Below are positions 33,901 through 44,600 of a stretch of DNA of 64,000 bases, piece by piece. A program made the translations under genes and the position numbers. The notes under the pieces are model-generated. The model did not search any database and was not told where the DNA came from. It was given only the letters and a program-made list of their open reading frames with translations. The stretch is from an uncultured Chitinophagaceae bacterium. Lineage in GTDB: Bacteria > Bacteroidota > Bacteroidia > Chitinophagales > CAIOSU01. Each line of letters starts with the position of its first letter. Within the stretch, counting starts at the first letter, position 1. The stretch spans positions 71,583 through 135,582 of the forward strand of contig CAZIZP010000001.1 in the NCBI GenBank assembly GCA_964543705.1, given 5' to 3'.

Positions 33901-34081
33901 AACAGTAAATTATACTTTTATTATTGCTCGTTAATCCTCATCTACGCCATCGGTAGTATTATCACTTGTGATCATTAAAACGAATTTCGTGTTGGTAAAA
34001 ACACCAATAAGGGCATAAAATATATTTGTTTCGTGTGTTAATGAAGCTGCCATCATAAAGGGTAATGAGAAAAAATAACAT

Positions 34082-35239
34082 TCAATCCTTAATACAACGA
34101 ACAGAAAGTCCATAGGCCTGCTGGCTAAGGTCCATTCCACTACCACCACTAAAAAAACCTAAGTAACGTGGAGCATTGCCAAAGTTTACGTCAATAGTGC
34201 TTGTCCAATAGTAGCCATTAAAATCTACTGCCTGAAAAGTACCATCTACCGATCTTCTTCCTCCTCCCATAGGCAATTTAAGTGGAGAATTAAATGCTCC
34301 GGCAGCATCTTGGCTAGCCCAACTTAGGCGTTCAGCATTGAATTCTGCTTCTGTAGGGATACGAAAACCAGACGGACAAGGGTTATTAATACCATTCACG
34401 CCTTGCCATAAATTGGTGTTTTGAGGGTTACGCCAGTCTGGAGGGTTACTTGCTATTATGAAATCACCGTGTGTTGGCTGGTCACTGCAACTCTTTGTGT
34501 TTATAGTGGGTGAGTTCCTGCATTGATGACCATCTGAACCTCTACCCCATTGATATAGATCTCCATAAGCAGCACTATCTGAAATTCCAATTGCTACACG
34601 GCTTGCACCTAAATTTCTGTCCATCCATATTCTACCAGTTAAGCTGGTTACTTCAATAACTGGCGTTGGTACACCTAAACAATAAAATATGGGTGCAGAG
34701 TTACCGTTTACGCTAAGGTTTAGCGTACAACTCCGCCCGCCAATATTCAGTGAAAAGCTAGCTGTTCCATTGCATAAAGGTGTGCCACTTATGGTATAAG
34801 TTAATGTTCCACTACCATTAGCAAAACTTCCTGCCGTAAGTGTTGCAGTTAATCCTGTTACTCCAGTTGAAACAACTGATTGTCCGTTATAAGTGCCACC
34901 GTTTCCACCTGTATAAGATACAACTGCAAATACGCCACTTGCTGTTACTTCTTCAATTAATGCTCCATTAATATTCGCTCCAGCGCAATCTAAAAAAGCT
35001 ACTTCACCAACTAACTGACCTGAAAAGGAAACATTAATAATATCAGACAGGGTGTGACTTTCTACACTTCCATTATTTAAAATAATTTCCATTTCAGTTT
35101 GACTTCCGTTAAAACGAATGCTATCAATGTTGCTTATTAAATTGGATACCGGGCCTTGGGTTTTGTTTACATTTTGTTCAATTTGTCCAAAAACAGAAGC
35201 GCTAATCGTTAATGCAAATACGATGTTTAAAAATTTCAT
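34082..35239 (-). CDS. Secreted protein with FISUMP (Fibrobacter succinogenes major paralogous) domain
   Basis: Signal peptide MKFLNIVFALTISASVFGQ. The C-terminal half GRIWMDRNLGASRV...YGDLYQWGRGSDGHQ...PCPSGFRIPTEAEF...GYYWTST...LSVRCIKD matches the TIGR02145-type pattern. Confidence 0.8.
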   Translation of the reverse strand: MKFLNIVFALTISASVFGQIEQNVNKTQGPVSNLISNIDSIRFNGSQTEMEIILNNGSVESHTLSDIINVSFSGQLVGEVAFLDCAGANINGALIEEVTASGVFAVVSYTGGNGGTYNGQSVVSTGVTGLTATLTAGSFANGSGTLTYTISGTPLCNGTASFSLNIGGRSCTLNLSVNGNSAPIFYCLGVPTPVIEVTSLTGRIWMDRNLGASRVAIGISDSAAYGDLYQWGRGSDGHQCRNSPTINTKSCSDQPTHGDFIIASNPPDWRNPQNTNLWQGVNGINNPCPSGFRIPTEAEFNAERLSWASQDAAGAFNSPLKLPMGGGRRSVDGTFQAVDFNGYYWTSTIDVNFGNAPRYLGFFSGGSGMDLSQQAYGLSVRCIKD

Positions 35240-35292
35240 GATTAGTTTTATTTATTAAATGTACATTGTGTTGGTTATTATTATCTATAAGA

Positions 35293-36582
35293 TTAAAGAA
35301 CAAATAATCTATAGTATTCTTTATCCTGTCCGCTAATTATTTCAATAATGTACATACTGTTATTTAATGAAATTTCTTTAGTGTTTAGCAACAAATCAGA
35401 TTGTTGATTTTGAATGCTCCAGATCATCTTACCTTGTAAATTATAAATATTTACGTCTACTGTTTTAAATACTCCAGAAATAGTAAATCCTTCAGATGTA
35501 GGATTAGGATATATTTTAAATTGTGATGTAGATTTTTCTATTATACCAGAAACTAGTAGTTCTAAACATGCTGACGTATCAGTGCAATTTCCATCAGAAA
35601 TGACAACACTATAAATTCCATCTACAGTAGCTGTAAATGTTTGTTGATCGGCATTGCTAATAGAGATATTACTAGTACAATCAATCCATTGATAGGATGC
35701 GCCACTTTGGGAAACAGAAATAACGTTGTTGCTTGTGCTCAAGGCGGTATCTATAGTATTAACCCCTAGTTTTAAAACAATAGAACTATCACAACCATCT
35801 TCGCTTTGTAAGGGAATGTTGTAGGTGCCTCCCTGAAAATATACATTATTTCCAACTTTCAGGCTATCGCCATTACATATTGTTGTATCTATAATAGATG
35901 TTAAACTGGGTAAAACTGTAAGGTTTAAAATAACCACACTATCACATTGTGAAACTGACTGCAAGGTGTCATAATAGGTATCTGAAGCAATAAGTGATTG
36001 CCCATTAAAAACATAACTTTCGCCAAAACAAATGGTATCATTCAGAGTTATAGATTGCACTACAGAAACAGGAGAAATTATAATATTTACTGATGTAGAG
36101 CAGATTCGGTTAAAGACATCTGCTACAGTTAAAGAATAGTTGCCGCCTGCCAAATCTGAAAACACTCCGGTACTGTTGGTTAAAGGTGCAACTACTGGAG
36201 TAATGCCTTCTAAAGTGTAGGTAATACCAGATGCAGTCGTTGGTGTATTTACGGAAATAGTCCCAGATGAATTGTTGCAAGTTGGTTGTGTAACAGTGTA
36301 GGTTGGTTCGCTACATACAAAGGCATAATTATCAATATCTACAATATCCCAAGCAATAACTGTTCCGTCTAATTTATACAATATCATAGAACTAGCACTA
36401 AACTTTATGCTTTGAATATCTGAGATGGGGAATGATGCCGTGGTAGTGTTAGTTAATGTTACAACCAAATTTTGAGCGTTTAGTCCAACACTTCCAAGCA
36501 TTATCATTAAAACCAATACTAACCTTATTATTTTGCCTTGCATATAATTGCGCTTTAATTTTTTGCCTATATTTTTAAACAA
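35293..36582 (-). CDS. Secreted repeat protein with T9SS type-A C-terminal sorting domain
   Basis: Signal peptide (..LVLVLMIMLGSVGLNAQ; the start could be the ATG at 36543). Contains ~45-aa C.G..Y.F.G......G.Y......GCDS...L.L.V repeats. Tail FKIYPNPTSEGFTISG...VNIYNLQGKMIW...MYIIEIISGQDKEYYRLFVL. Confidence 0.85.
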   Translation of the reverse strand: MFKNIGKKLKRNYMQGKIIRLVLVLMIMLGSVGLNAQNLVVTLTNTTTASFPISDIQSIKFSASSMILYKLDGTVIAWDIVDIDNYAFVCSEPTYTVTQPTCNNSSGTISVNTPTTASGITYTLEGITPVVAPLTNSTGVFSDLAGGNYSLTVADVFNRICSTSVNIIISPVSVVQSITLNDTICFGESYVFNGQSLIASDTYYDTLQSVSQCDSVVILNLTVLPSLTSIIDTTICNGDSLKVGNNVYFQGGTYNIPLQSEDGCDSSIVLKLGVNTIDTALSTSNNVISVSQSGASYQWIDCTSNISISNADQQTFTATVDGIYSVVISDGNCTDTSACLELLVSGIIEKSTSQFKIYPNPTSEGFTISGVFKTVDVNIYNLQGKMIWSIQNQQSDLLLNTKEISLNNSMYIIEIISGQDKEYYRLFVL

Positions 36583-36646
36583 ATTTTGACTTTATCTTTT
36601 TTTTAAACTTATGCAATTAGCATAGCTGTTAATTGTACGCTAATTA

Positions 36647-39600
36647 TTACTCGTTTACCCTCATTTGCCCGCCACTGCCAATATTTATATTACCAATATT
36701 GTTTACTTTTTTACCATACACTTTATATGCTTCTGTGTCTAATGTGCCTGCTGAAACATCAATATCGTTTTGAACAAAACAATCGCCACTAAATTTAAGT
36801 GTACCCGTACCCACTTTGGTAAGTTTATTAAACTGTTTTCCTGTGCCAATTCCACCCGATGTTATTGTTCGAGTATTAGTACCTGAAATATTCATAGTAA
36901 CTGTGCCTGTTCCGGCATTAAATACGCCATTGCTGTTTGTCCAATTACCATCTACCAAAGTAATATTTCTATCGCCTGCTCTTAATTCTCCGCTTAGTAT
37001 ATCAATATTTCCTCTAACTTGAACATCATGTGTTTCTATTTGTACATAACCATCGGTTTTTTCTATTTGTAATCTTCCAAAATTCTTTCTATTACCTGCA
37101 CTATTATTTGTTCCGCCACTATTTAAAAGTTGAATAGCAGCCCCTCTAAATCTAATGGTTCTGGTATTGGTTAAAGCATCTGTAGTGCCATCAAGTACCA
37201 AAGAACCTAGATTGGTGAAATTTCTGTACACATCTAATAACATATTGTTATTCATACCCAAAACAGCACCACTGCCTATATATACATTATGCGCATTGTT
37301 AGGATTTGAATTTACTATTGGAGTAGTGTTTGAAACACAATTTCCTGCATCGGTAGTATTAAAAATAAACACGTTTGTAGAAGTTGTAGGCTCAACACTT
37401 GCTAATTCATAGCCTTGCGAAGTTCGTTTATACCAGTTTGCTGCATTTGACCAATTAGTATTTGTATTACCATTCCATAAATAATCATTATTAAGAATAT
37501 TGATGCCACTTATGGTGGTATTGGGTTGGTTAATAGAAACAGTAGTAGTAGCATCTGGGCTATTGCAACCACCAATATTTATTGTTACTGAATAATCGCC
37601 AACACTATTGGCTGAAAAGTTATTAACTACAGGATTCTGATCAGGAGAGGAAAAACCATTTGGCCCTGTCCATAAATAGGTAGCACCAGCTACAGGGTTA
37701 GCTGTTAAAGTAAGTGTTTGGCCAATACAAACAGGACCATCGTTATTTGCTATTGTTGCATTTGGTGGCGTTAAGACCTTCCAAATGGTATATTCATTTA
37801 CATCTGTGCCGCAACCGGTACGTGTTGCCCTCACTTTCACATAGCCTGTAGCGCCAGTGGTGTTTATAAGGGCACCGGGGGTGTAGGCAATCCAATTTCC
37901 ACCGTTGTTAATACTCACTTCATAGCTGTCGCTGCCTGTGCCGGCACCTGCATTGAAGGTTACAGAGCCATTAGTAGCACCCGGGCAAATGCAGGTAATG
38001 GCATTAACCGTAGTAAAATCTGAATTGGCTGCTGTACAGACGCCACTTTGCACCACTGCTCTGAAACGCGTGGACTGAGCAACCGCAGGGGCGGTATAGC
38101 TAGGACTTGTGTGGCTGATGGTTTGCCAGCTGCCGCCATTATCTACTGACGACTCCCAACGGATAATGCTTCCTGTATAGCCCGACAATGTCAATACACC
38201 ACTGCTTTCGCCAGCGCATATTTCACTGCCACCGGATACCGAACCTGCTACTGTGGCAGCATCTACCATTACTGTAATAATATTTGAAAAAACAGCTGGA
38301 CATACTCCGCTTGTTACTCTTGCCCTGAAATAGCGGGTAGCTGTCAATGCTCCCACTTGTGCACCCGTTAAGGTATTGGAATTGGTACCGACAGCAGTGA
38401 CGTTGGTTGTAAACCCTGCATCATCTGCACGCTGCCACTGTACTGTTCCATTGGCACTTGCTATGGTCATATTAGCCGGCTGGGTGCCTGAACAAATGAT
38501 TTGGTTGGCAGATACCGCACCCACCGCACTTGTTGTATTTCTTGTTACAGTGCCACTAATAGAAGCAGCGGTGCATGGCGAAGTATGACCGCTTGTAGTA
38601 ATTGTGTAGGTGCCCCCAGCTGTTGGTGTTCCCGAAATGGTTACAGTTTTGATTGAAGTATTTACACTTGAAGATAAACCCGCTGGCAAATTAGTAACTA
38701 CAGCATTTGTTGCACTTCCTCCAAAGGTGTAAACTGTGGTAGGTATAGCAAAGCCTGCACATACTGTAGGGTTTTGAGTGCCACTTGTTAAGGCAATGGT
38801 TGAATTGGTACAAGCAACCGGGCAATTAGTTATACTAAATGTTTGCGACCTGGCACCTGTAGATTGACCGACCACCAAAATATAATACTCTACACCCGCG
38901 GTAAGCGATACTGTGCCTACATCACCAACTGAATTTTTAAACCCAATACACGTCCATCCTGAACTATTACAACCGCCACTTGCTGCTTTAAATGCATAAT
39001 TAACAAAACCTCCCGATGCAGCCGAAACGTTGATAGTATGATTACCCGTAACAGTTGGAGTGAAGCTATAGATTCTTTCCTGACCTGAAGAGGCAAATCC
39101 ACATAATGTAGGATTCATTGTGCTGGGGGCATCCAATGCAGCTGTGTATGATACACCACAGCCGGTGATGGTGGTGATGGATGCGCAAGGATTGTATTCA
39201 GTAACAGTTACATTGTCAATCCTATTATTTCCCGTGCCTGTGTAATTTATTTGCGTCCATCTCAAGTATCGTGTAGTCGGAAGAAGAGCATAGTCTCGGG
39301 TTACTGTCGTAGATATAATAGGTGGATTTTGAACTGGATTAGCGACAGTTGTCCAGGTTGAACCATTAGCAGATTGCTCAAGTTTAACCGTGTTATTCAA
39401 GTCTGTATTGACACCAAGACAAAATTCTACGTTTTGTGGAACAAAATTAAACTGCATTTGCATAAAGGAATTGGTTGCTCTCATGCGAATTGCATCATCT
39501 CCTCCGCAAATTTGAGTACCCGTTCCATCATAGTTTCCGGTTATGTAGCAGGGGCGAGAAGCAATAGCCCAGCTTCCGTTGTAATTAAATGAGGTATTAG

Positions 39601-40051
39601 GAGTAGCAGTACATGTCCATTGAACAGTTAGGTCTCTACATGCAGATTCCGTATTACATAAATTGTTTGTGTTAACATGAATAAAATATGTACCAGCTAC
39701 AGTTGAAGTCCACGATAAAGGCGTTTGACCAAAAGCAATCAAAGTACCATTGAATGCGCCTTGTCTTATAGTAATCCAGTCATTAGTAACAGTTGAAGAT
39801 ACTATGTAATCTGTATTTGCAGGAACGCTATTTAAAGTAGAATATTCTCCTGCATATTGACAAGATGGATCCATAGTAACTGAAGCCCCTGCTACAGGAG
39901 CAGTAGCTGAACCATAGGAAGTTGTATTAGTACATTGCCCAAAAACATCAAAAGGCACTATATTAAGCATACTCATTACAAGTATTAGCAGTAATGCAGT
40001 GTGCTGCGTTTTAGCAATATATGTTTCGTTATGGTGTATATACATTCTCAT
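36647..40051 (-). CDS. Giant secreted surface/adhesin-like protein (1134 aa) with C-terminal MRVNE module; no T9SS CTD
   Basis: Signal (..ALLLILVMSMLNIVPFDVFGQ). Ig-like Cys-bracketed repeats. The last 280 aa (36650-37489) start NDYLWNGNTNTNWSNAANW and end GSGGQMRVNE-stop. Confidence 0.85.
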   Translation of the reverse strand: MRMYIHHNETYIAKTQHTALLLILVMSMLNIVPFDVFGQCTNTTSYGSATAPVAGASVTMDPSCQYAGEYSTLNSVPANTDYIVSSTVTNDWITIRQGAFNGTLIAFGQTPLSWTSTVAGTYFIHVNTNNLCNTESACRDLTVQWTCTATPNTSFNYNGSWAIASRPCYITGNYDGTGTQICGGDDAIRMRATNSFMQMQFNFVPQNVEFCLGVNTDLNNTVKLEQSANGSTWTTVANPVQNPPIISTTVTRDYALLPTTRYLRWTQINYTGTGNNRIDNVTVTEYNPCASITTITGCGVSYTAALDAPSTMNPTLCGFASSGQERIYSFTPTVTGNHTINVSAASGGFVNYAFKAASGGCNSSGWTCIGFKNSVGDVGTVSLTAGVEYYILVVGQSTGARSQTFSITNCPVACTNSTIALTSGTQNPTVCAGFAIPTTVYTFGGSATNAVVTNLPAGLSSSVNTSIKTVTISGTPTAGGTYTITTSGHTSPCTAASISGTVTRNTTSAVGAVSANQIICSGTQPANMTIASANGTVQWQRADDAGFTTNVTAVGTNSNTLTGAQVGALTATRYFRARVTSGVCPAVFSNIITVMVDAATVAGSVSGGSEICAGESSGVLTLSGYTGSIIRWESSVDNGGSWQTISHTSPSYTAPAVAQSTRFRAVVQSGVCTAANSDFTTVNAITCICPGATNGSVTFNAGAGTGSDSYEVSINNGGNWIAYTPGALINTTGATGYVKVRATRTGCGTDVNEYTIWKVLTPPNATIANNDGPVCIGQTLTLTANPVAGATYLWTGPNGFSSPDQNPVVNNFSANSVGDYSVTINIGGCNSPDATTTVSINQPNTTISGINILNNDYLWNGNTNTNWSNAANWYKRTSQGYELASVEPTTSTNVFIFNTTDAGNCVSNTTPIVNSNPNNAHNVYIGSGAVLGMNNNMLLDVYRNFTNLGSLVLDGTTDALTNTRTIRFRGAAIQLLNSGGTNNSAGNRKNFGRLQIEKTDGYVQIETHDVQVRGNIDILSGELRAGDRNITLVDGNWTNSNGVFNAGTGTVTMNISGTNTRTITSGGIGTGKQFNKLTKVGTGTLKFSGDCFVQNDIDVSAGTLDTEAYKVYGKKVNNIGNINIGSGGQMRVNE

Positions 40052-40064
40052 AGCTGTATATTTT

Positions 40065-41201
40065 TTAGTTAGGGTCTGTAACAGTGTTCAATGTTGGAGC
40101 AGAAGCTGGTGATTGTATGGTGGGATTAAATGTGGTGGTGCAACCCACACCATTAAGAGTATGTACAACCAAAATATATGGGCTTGCTCCAAATATATTA
40201 GATGTTGTACTATTGGTTATGGTAGTTGAAAAAGTATTATTACTGCCTGAAGTTGGCGTTGCACTTAAGCCTGCTGGTGGGTTAACCGTCCAGCTATAAG
40301 TGCTACCAGCAATACTGGTAGCAGAAAAGTTCAGCTGCGTACCCGAGCATTGGGGTCCCGTGGGCGCATTACGAACTGCGTTAGGAATAACTGTAACAGC
40401 CCTATCTACTGTTGTAGATCCACAGCTATTACTAATAGTAGCTCTTACTGTAAAATTGGAAGTAACTGAGCTAACAACTCCCGTACTTGAATTAATTGAA
40501 GCTCCACCTGAAAGAATGGAGTAGGTAATTGAAAAAGGTGTGGTGCCTACAGCGGCTGTTGCTGTATAGGTACTTGACCCTCCAGCACAAAGTGTAGTAG
40601 CACCGGCAGAAAAACTTGGAGAAGATGGGGCGGTGCAACTATACGTAGATGAATTATTCCATGAGTTAATAACGCCCGTACAATTTAAACAGTTACTATT
40701 TACCCCACTATTTCTAGTAGTGCCTAATAAATACCAGTCTGCCATGCAAGGATGAACAACAAGACTGATATAAATACCAGATGCTGAACCATCAGTGGTA
40801 TTAATAGTAGCACCAGTACCACCTGTACAACTTGAATTAAGAAAAACATAAGCACCCCAACCTTCTCTTTGAAGCTCTAATTTTATAGTAGTACCTCCAC
40901 AATTACCATCGTTCGCACTCGCTTGCCATGTATATGTTCCTGGATTTAAGTAGACTCTGACATATTCTCCAACTCTAAGATTAGGAAAAGTCTCACCTTG
41001 ATAATTGTCATTTTCATATACTTTGCAACTAAATTTTGCAAGGTCACTCTGAGCAGATGTACAAGCGGTTGGATTTGTGCATGTAATTTGGGCCAAACCT
41101 TCATCATAAGAAAACAGCAATATAAAGCCCATCAGTAACAACTTGCTGTATAGACAGATAAAACGCGTTTTTTTAGTGTTTGAGTAAATGTATTTTATCA
41201 T
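40065..41201 (-). CDS. Secreted Cys/Thr/Ser-rich protein (378 aa) without any recognisable C-terminal sorting domain
   Basis: Signal (..LLLMGFILLFSYDEGLAQ). Ig-like units (..C.G..L.F.A....G..Y.W..). It ends ..APTLNTVTDPN, 13 nt upstream of the next gene's ATG. Confidence 0.75.
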   Translation of the reverse strand: MIKYIYSNTKKTRFICLYSKLLLMGFILLFSYDEGLAQITCTNPTACTSAQSDLAKFSCKVYENDNYQGETFPNLRVGEYVRVYLNPGTYTWQASANDGNCGGTTIKLELQREGWGAYVFLNSSCTGGTGATINTTDGSASGIYISLVVHPCMADWYLLGTTRNSGVNSNCLNCTGVINSWNNSSTYSCTAPSSPSFSAGATTLCAGGSSTYTATAAVGTTPFSITYSILSGGASINSSTGVVSSVTSNFTVRATISNSCGSTTVDRAVTVIPNAVRNAPTGPQCSGTQLNFSATSIAGSTYSWTVNPPAGLSATPTSGSNNTFSTTITNSTTSNIFGASPYILVVHTLNGVGCTTTFNPTIQSPASAPTLNTVTDPN

Positions 41202-41520
41202 AGTTGTCGTTTTTTCAGTGGCGAAAAGTATTAAATATGTTTTGTTTAATTATACTTTACGCTAATGTAACCCTAATGTTTACATAATGTAAAAACAGAT
41301 TTTTTTTGAAATGAAGTTTCTGAGAGTAAGTAATTGTACTATATTTTTTATTCACATCGTATATTGAAACATTGTAAAACACCTTCTTAATTGCCTTATT
41401 TTATTGGTGCTTTGGCTATTGTTGCATTATATAAATTCAGTTCATTTAGATTAAAAAGAATTCCAAAAAAAGAAGTTTTTGAGTTTTTTTTGTGAGCAAA
41501 AAAATGCCTTTTGGCAAATA

Positions 41521-41665
41521 GAAAAATGAGAGAATTAAGAGAAGTATGTAATTTGGAAATTGAGTTAATTACGTTTGTAATTTCGACCGAAGGGTGAAAT
41601 CTTTTTATTGAAAGGATGTCTCGTACCTCTGCATGACAGTTTAGTGTTTAGGATTTAAAGTGTTA
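41521..41665. repeat. Single degenerate copy of the interspersed repeat family
   Basis: gagagaattaagagaag...gagttaattacgtttgtaatttcgaccgaagggtgaaatct...gatgtctcgtacctctgcatgac. Same orientation as the copies at 5160-5590 and 9296-9775. Confidence 0.8.
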
Positions 41666-41666
41666 G

Positions 41667-44600
41667 TTATTTAATAATTGTTACACTTCCTTTATAGTTT
41701 TTTTGTTCTCCGTTACAGGTAGTAGTTTTTAAAAAATATACATACACACCAGGAAGTTGCATTATGCCTTTATAGGTGCCATCCCATTTTTCAAAAGGGC
41801 TTGAAGCTTCAAATATTTTTTCACCCCAGCGATTAAATATTTTCAGGTTATAAAAATTAACAGCGGTAGCAAAAACTTCAAAAAAATCATTATTTCCATC
41901 GCCATTAGGTGAGAATGCATTGGGGATATATACAATAGATTTTTTACAATCTTTATTTACAATAATTTGTAAAAGAGCTGTTGCTTCACATCCATATTTA
42001 TCAGCAACCGTTAGTTGATAGTTTGTGTTTTCATAAGGAGTTATGGTTGGGTTTGGACAATTATTACAACTTAAATAGGTATCGGGCACCCATAAATAAG
42101 TAGGAGAAACAGCGTTTGTGGTTACAGATATTTGTAAAGTAGCACCAGTATCAACTACTGCCCGTTGTGGAGTTATAGATAGTTCATTGTTTATCACAAA
42201 AATATTCAGCAATGTTGTACTATCGCAGCCTGTTTCTGAAGTGCTTAACAAAGTATATAATCCGCTTTCAGAAATTTCTATACTATCGAAAATGAGTTTT
42301 TCGCCTTGGCAAATGGTATCGAAAATTACTGTTGAAACACTTGAATTTACTTGTAAATTAAGTAAGACAATAGAATCGCAGCCTAAAATACTTTGTAGCG
42401 TATCGCTATAAACACCAGCAGCATTTAGCTGCATGCCTGCAAATAAATAATTTTGGTTTTCGCAGATGATGGCATTTATAGAAGTAACAGTAGGGCTTAT
42501 AACCGTGAGATTTGTAAATACCAATGAATCGCAACCACCAACTGAAATAAAAGTATCTATATAATTACCACTTGTTTGTTGTAAAGTTCCGCCTGCAAAA
42601 TAGCTTTCACCATTGCAAATGGAAACTGTATCGAAATAAGAAATAAATGAATTGAATGATAATAGTGTAATTATTATTGAATCGCAACCGGAAGAACTTG
42701 TATAGGAATCGGAATAAATACCGGATGTGTTTTGCAAAGCGCCTCCCGCAAAGTAAGATTGTCCTGTGCAACGAGATATCGTTACTGTATCGTTGTAAAT
42801 ATTATTTACAATAAGATTTAGTGTAACTGTGCTATCGCAACCATTTACTGTGTTATAATTAGCAGTATATATACCCGATGAAGTAATGTTTTGATTATTA
42901 AAAACAAAAGTCGAACCTTCGCAAATTTGCTGGTGTATAAAATTCCTTTTAGAATTTGTTATTGATAGATTTAAATCAATAACACTATCGCAGCCATTAA
43001 AAGCAGCATTATTCAAAATTAAATTAGCTGTGTTTGTTGATTCGTAGTAAGTAACTCCGTTTATCCAAGTAAAACTATCGCAGGCAGTAACCACATCGGT
43101 ATATTGAGCAACAGGCTTAACCTCAACTTGTAATGATGTTTGGGTAGCACATTGACCTATAGAAGGAGTAAAAATATAATTGGTAGTAGCGGTATTATTT
43201 AAAGTCGGCAACCATGTGCCATTAATACCATTAGTTGAAGTAGTAGGTAATGGGCTTAATGTTTCGCTTGAACATATTGGCGCAATTTGGTTAAAAAATG
43301 GTGTTATAGATGGAATTACCCTAATTGTAGTGTTTGCAGATATTGCACATTGCCCTATATTGGGCGTAAAAGTATAGTTTGTGGTTGTTAAATTATTTAA
43401 GGCGGGTTGCCATGTTCCATTGATACCATTGTTAGAAGTAGTAGGCAATGGATTTAAAATTTCACCAGAACATATTGAATCAATCTCATTAAATATAGGT
43501 GTAACTATTGGATTTACAATAATAGTCATATTTGCTATTGTAGCGCATTGGTTATTGTTAGGCGTAAAAATATAGCTTGTGGTAGTAGTGTTATTCAGAG
43601 GAGGTTGCCATGTTCCCAAAACTCCATTTATTGAGGTTGATGGAAGTGGATTTAATACATCGCCTGAGCAAATAGGTAATATTTGATTAAATGTAGGAAT
43701 AACCGTTGGGTTTACAATAATTGTTATTGAAGCGGTATCAGCACAGGTATTGGCATTAGGTGTAAAAAAATATGTAGTAGTAGCGGTATTATTTAATGTT
43801 GGCTGCCAGGTTCCGCTTATGCCATTGATTGAGGTGATGGGTAAAGGATTTAATGTTTCTCCCGAGCAAATTGGTGCTATAGTATTGAAAACAGGTTTAG
43901 GTGCATTAGGAATGATGTATGTAATTCTTACTTCACCTCTTTCACCATTACCACCCTCTACTTGCCTATGCGCTGTTTGGCTGCTACCACCTTGTTGAAT
44001 TCTGTTGTGAATTAAGGCACCACTACCGCCACCACCTAAAATAAACCCAGTTATCCCGGCTTGCCCTGTATATCCAAAAAAGCTTGTTATTCTGTTACCG
44101 TTGGCTCCATTGCCTCCATTTGCTGCACCTCCAGTGCCTCCAATTCTTTGCGCTCCACCACCAGGAGATGTGCCATTAGCACCATTTGCATTTGAGCCTG
44201 CACAGCCACCTCCCGCACCACTTACATCAGGATTATTTCCACTGTGAGCACCAGAAGAACCATTACCACCATTAAAAATAATAGACCCTGCAGCACCTGT
44301 CCCTCCATTTCCGCCAGTTCCATTTGCTCCATTATGGCCAAACATGCTATTATTGAAACTGGTATTAACATAGTTAGCACCACCACCACCATTACCGCCA
44401 AAAGCAGTAAGTGACCCAATACCTGAGGTTGCAGGACCTGAAAAAATACTATTCCCACCTTGCAATCCCGCTTGTGCTCTATTAGTATTTAAAGCGGTAT
44501 TTATTATACCCCCAAGACCACCAGCTCCAACAGTAATTGTATAAACTTGTCCAGGCACAACAGTATAAGTTCTTTGAGCAAAGCCACCGCCACCCCCACC

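Noticed and set aside
33931-34149. 72-aa minus-strand ORF overlapping the 3' end of the FISUMP gene
   Set aside because: It overlaps the well-supported 34082-35239 CDS in another frame. Nothing supports it.
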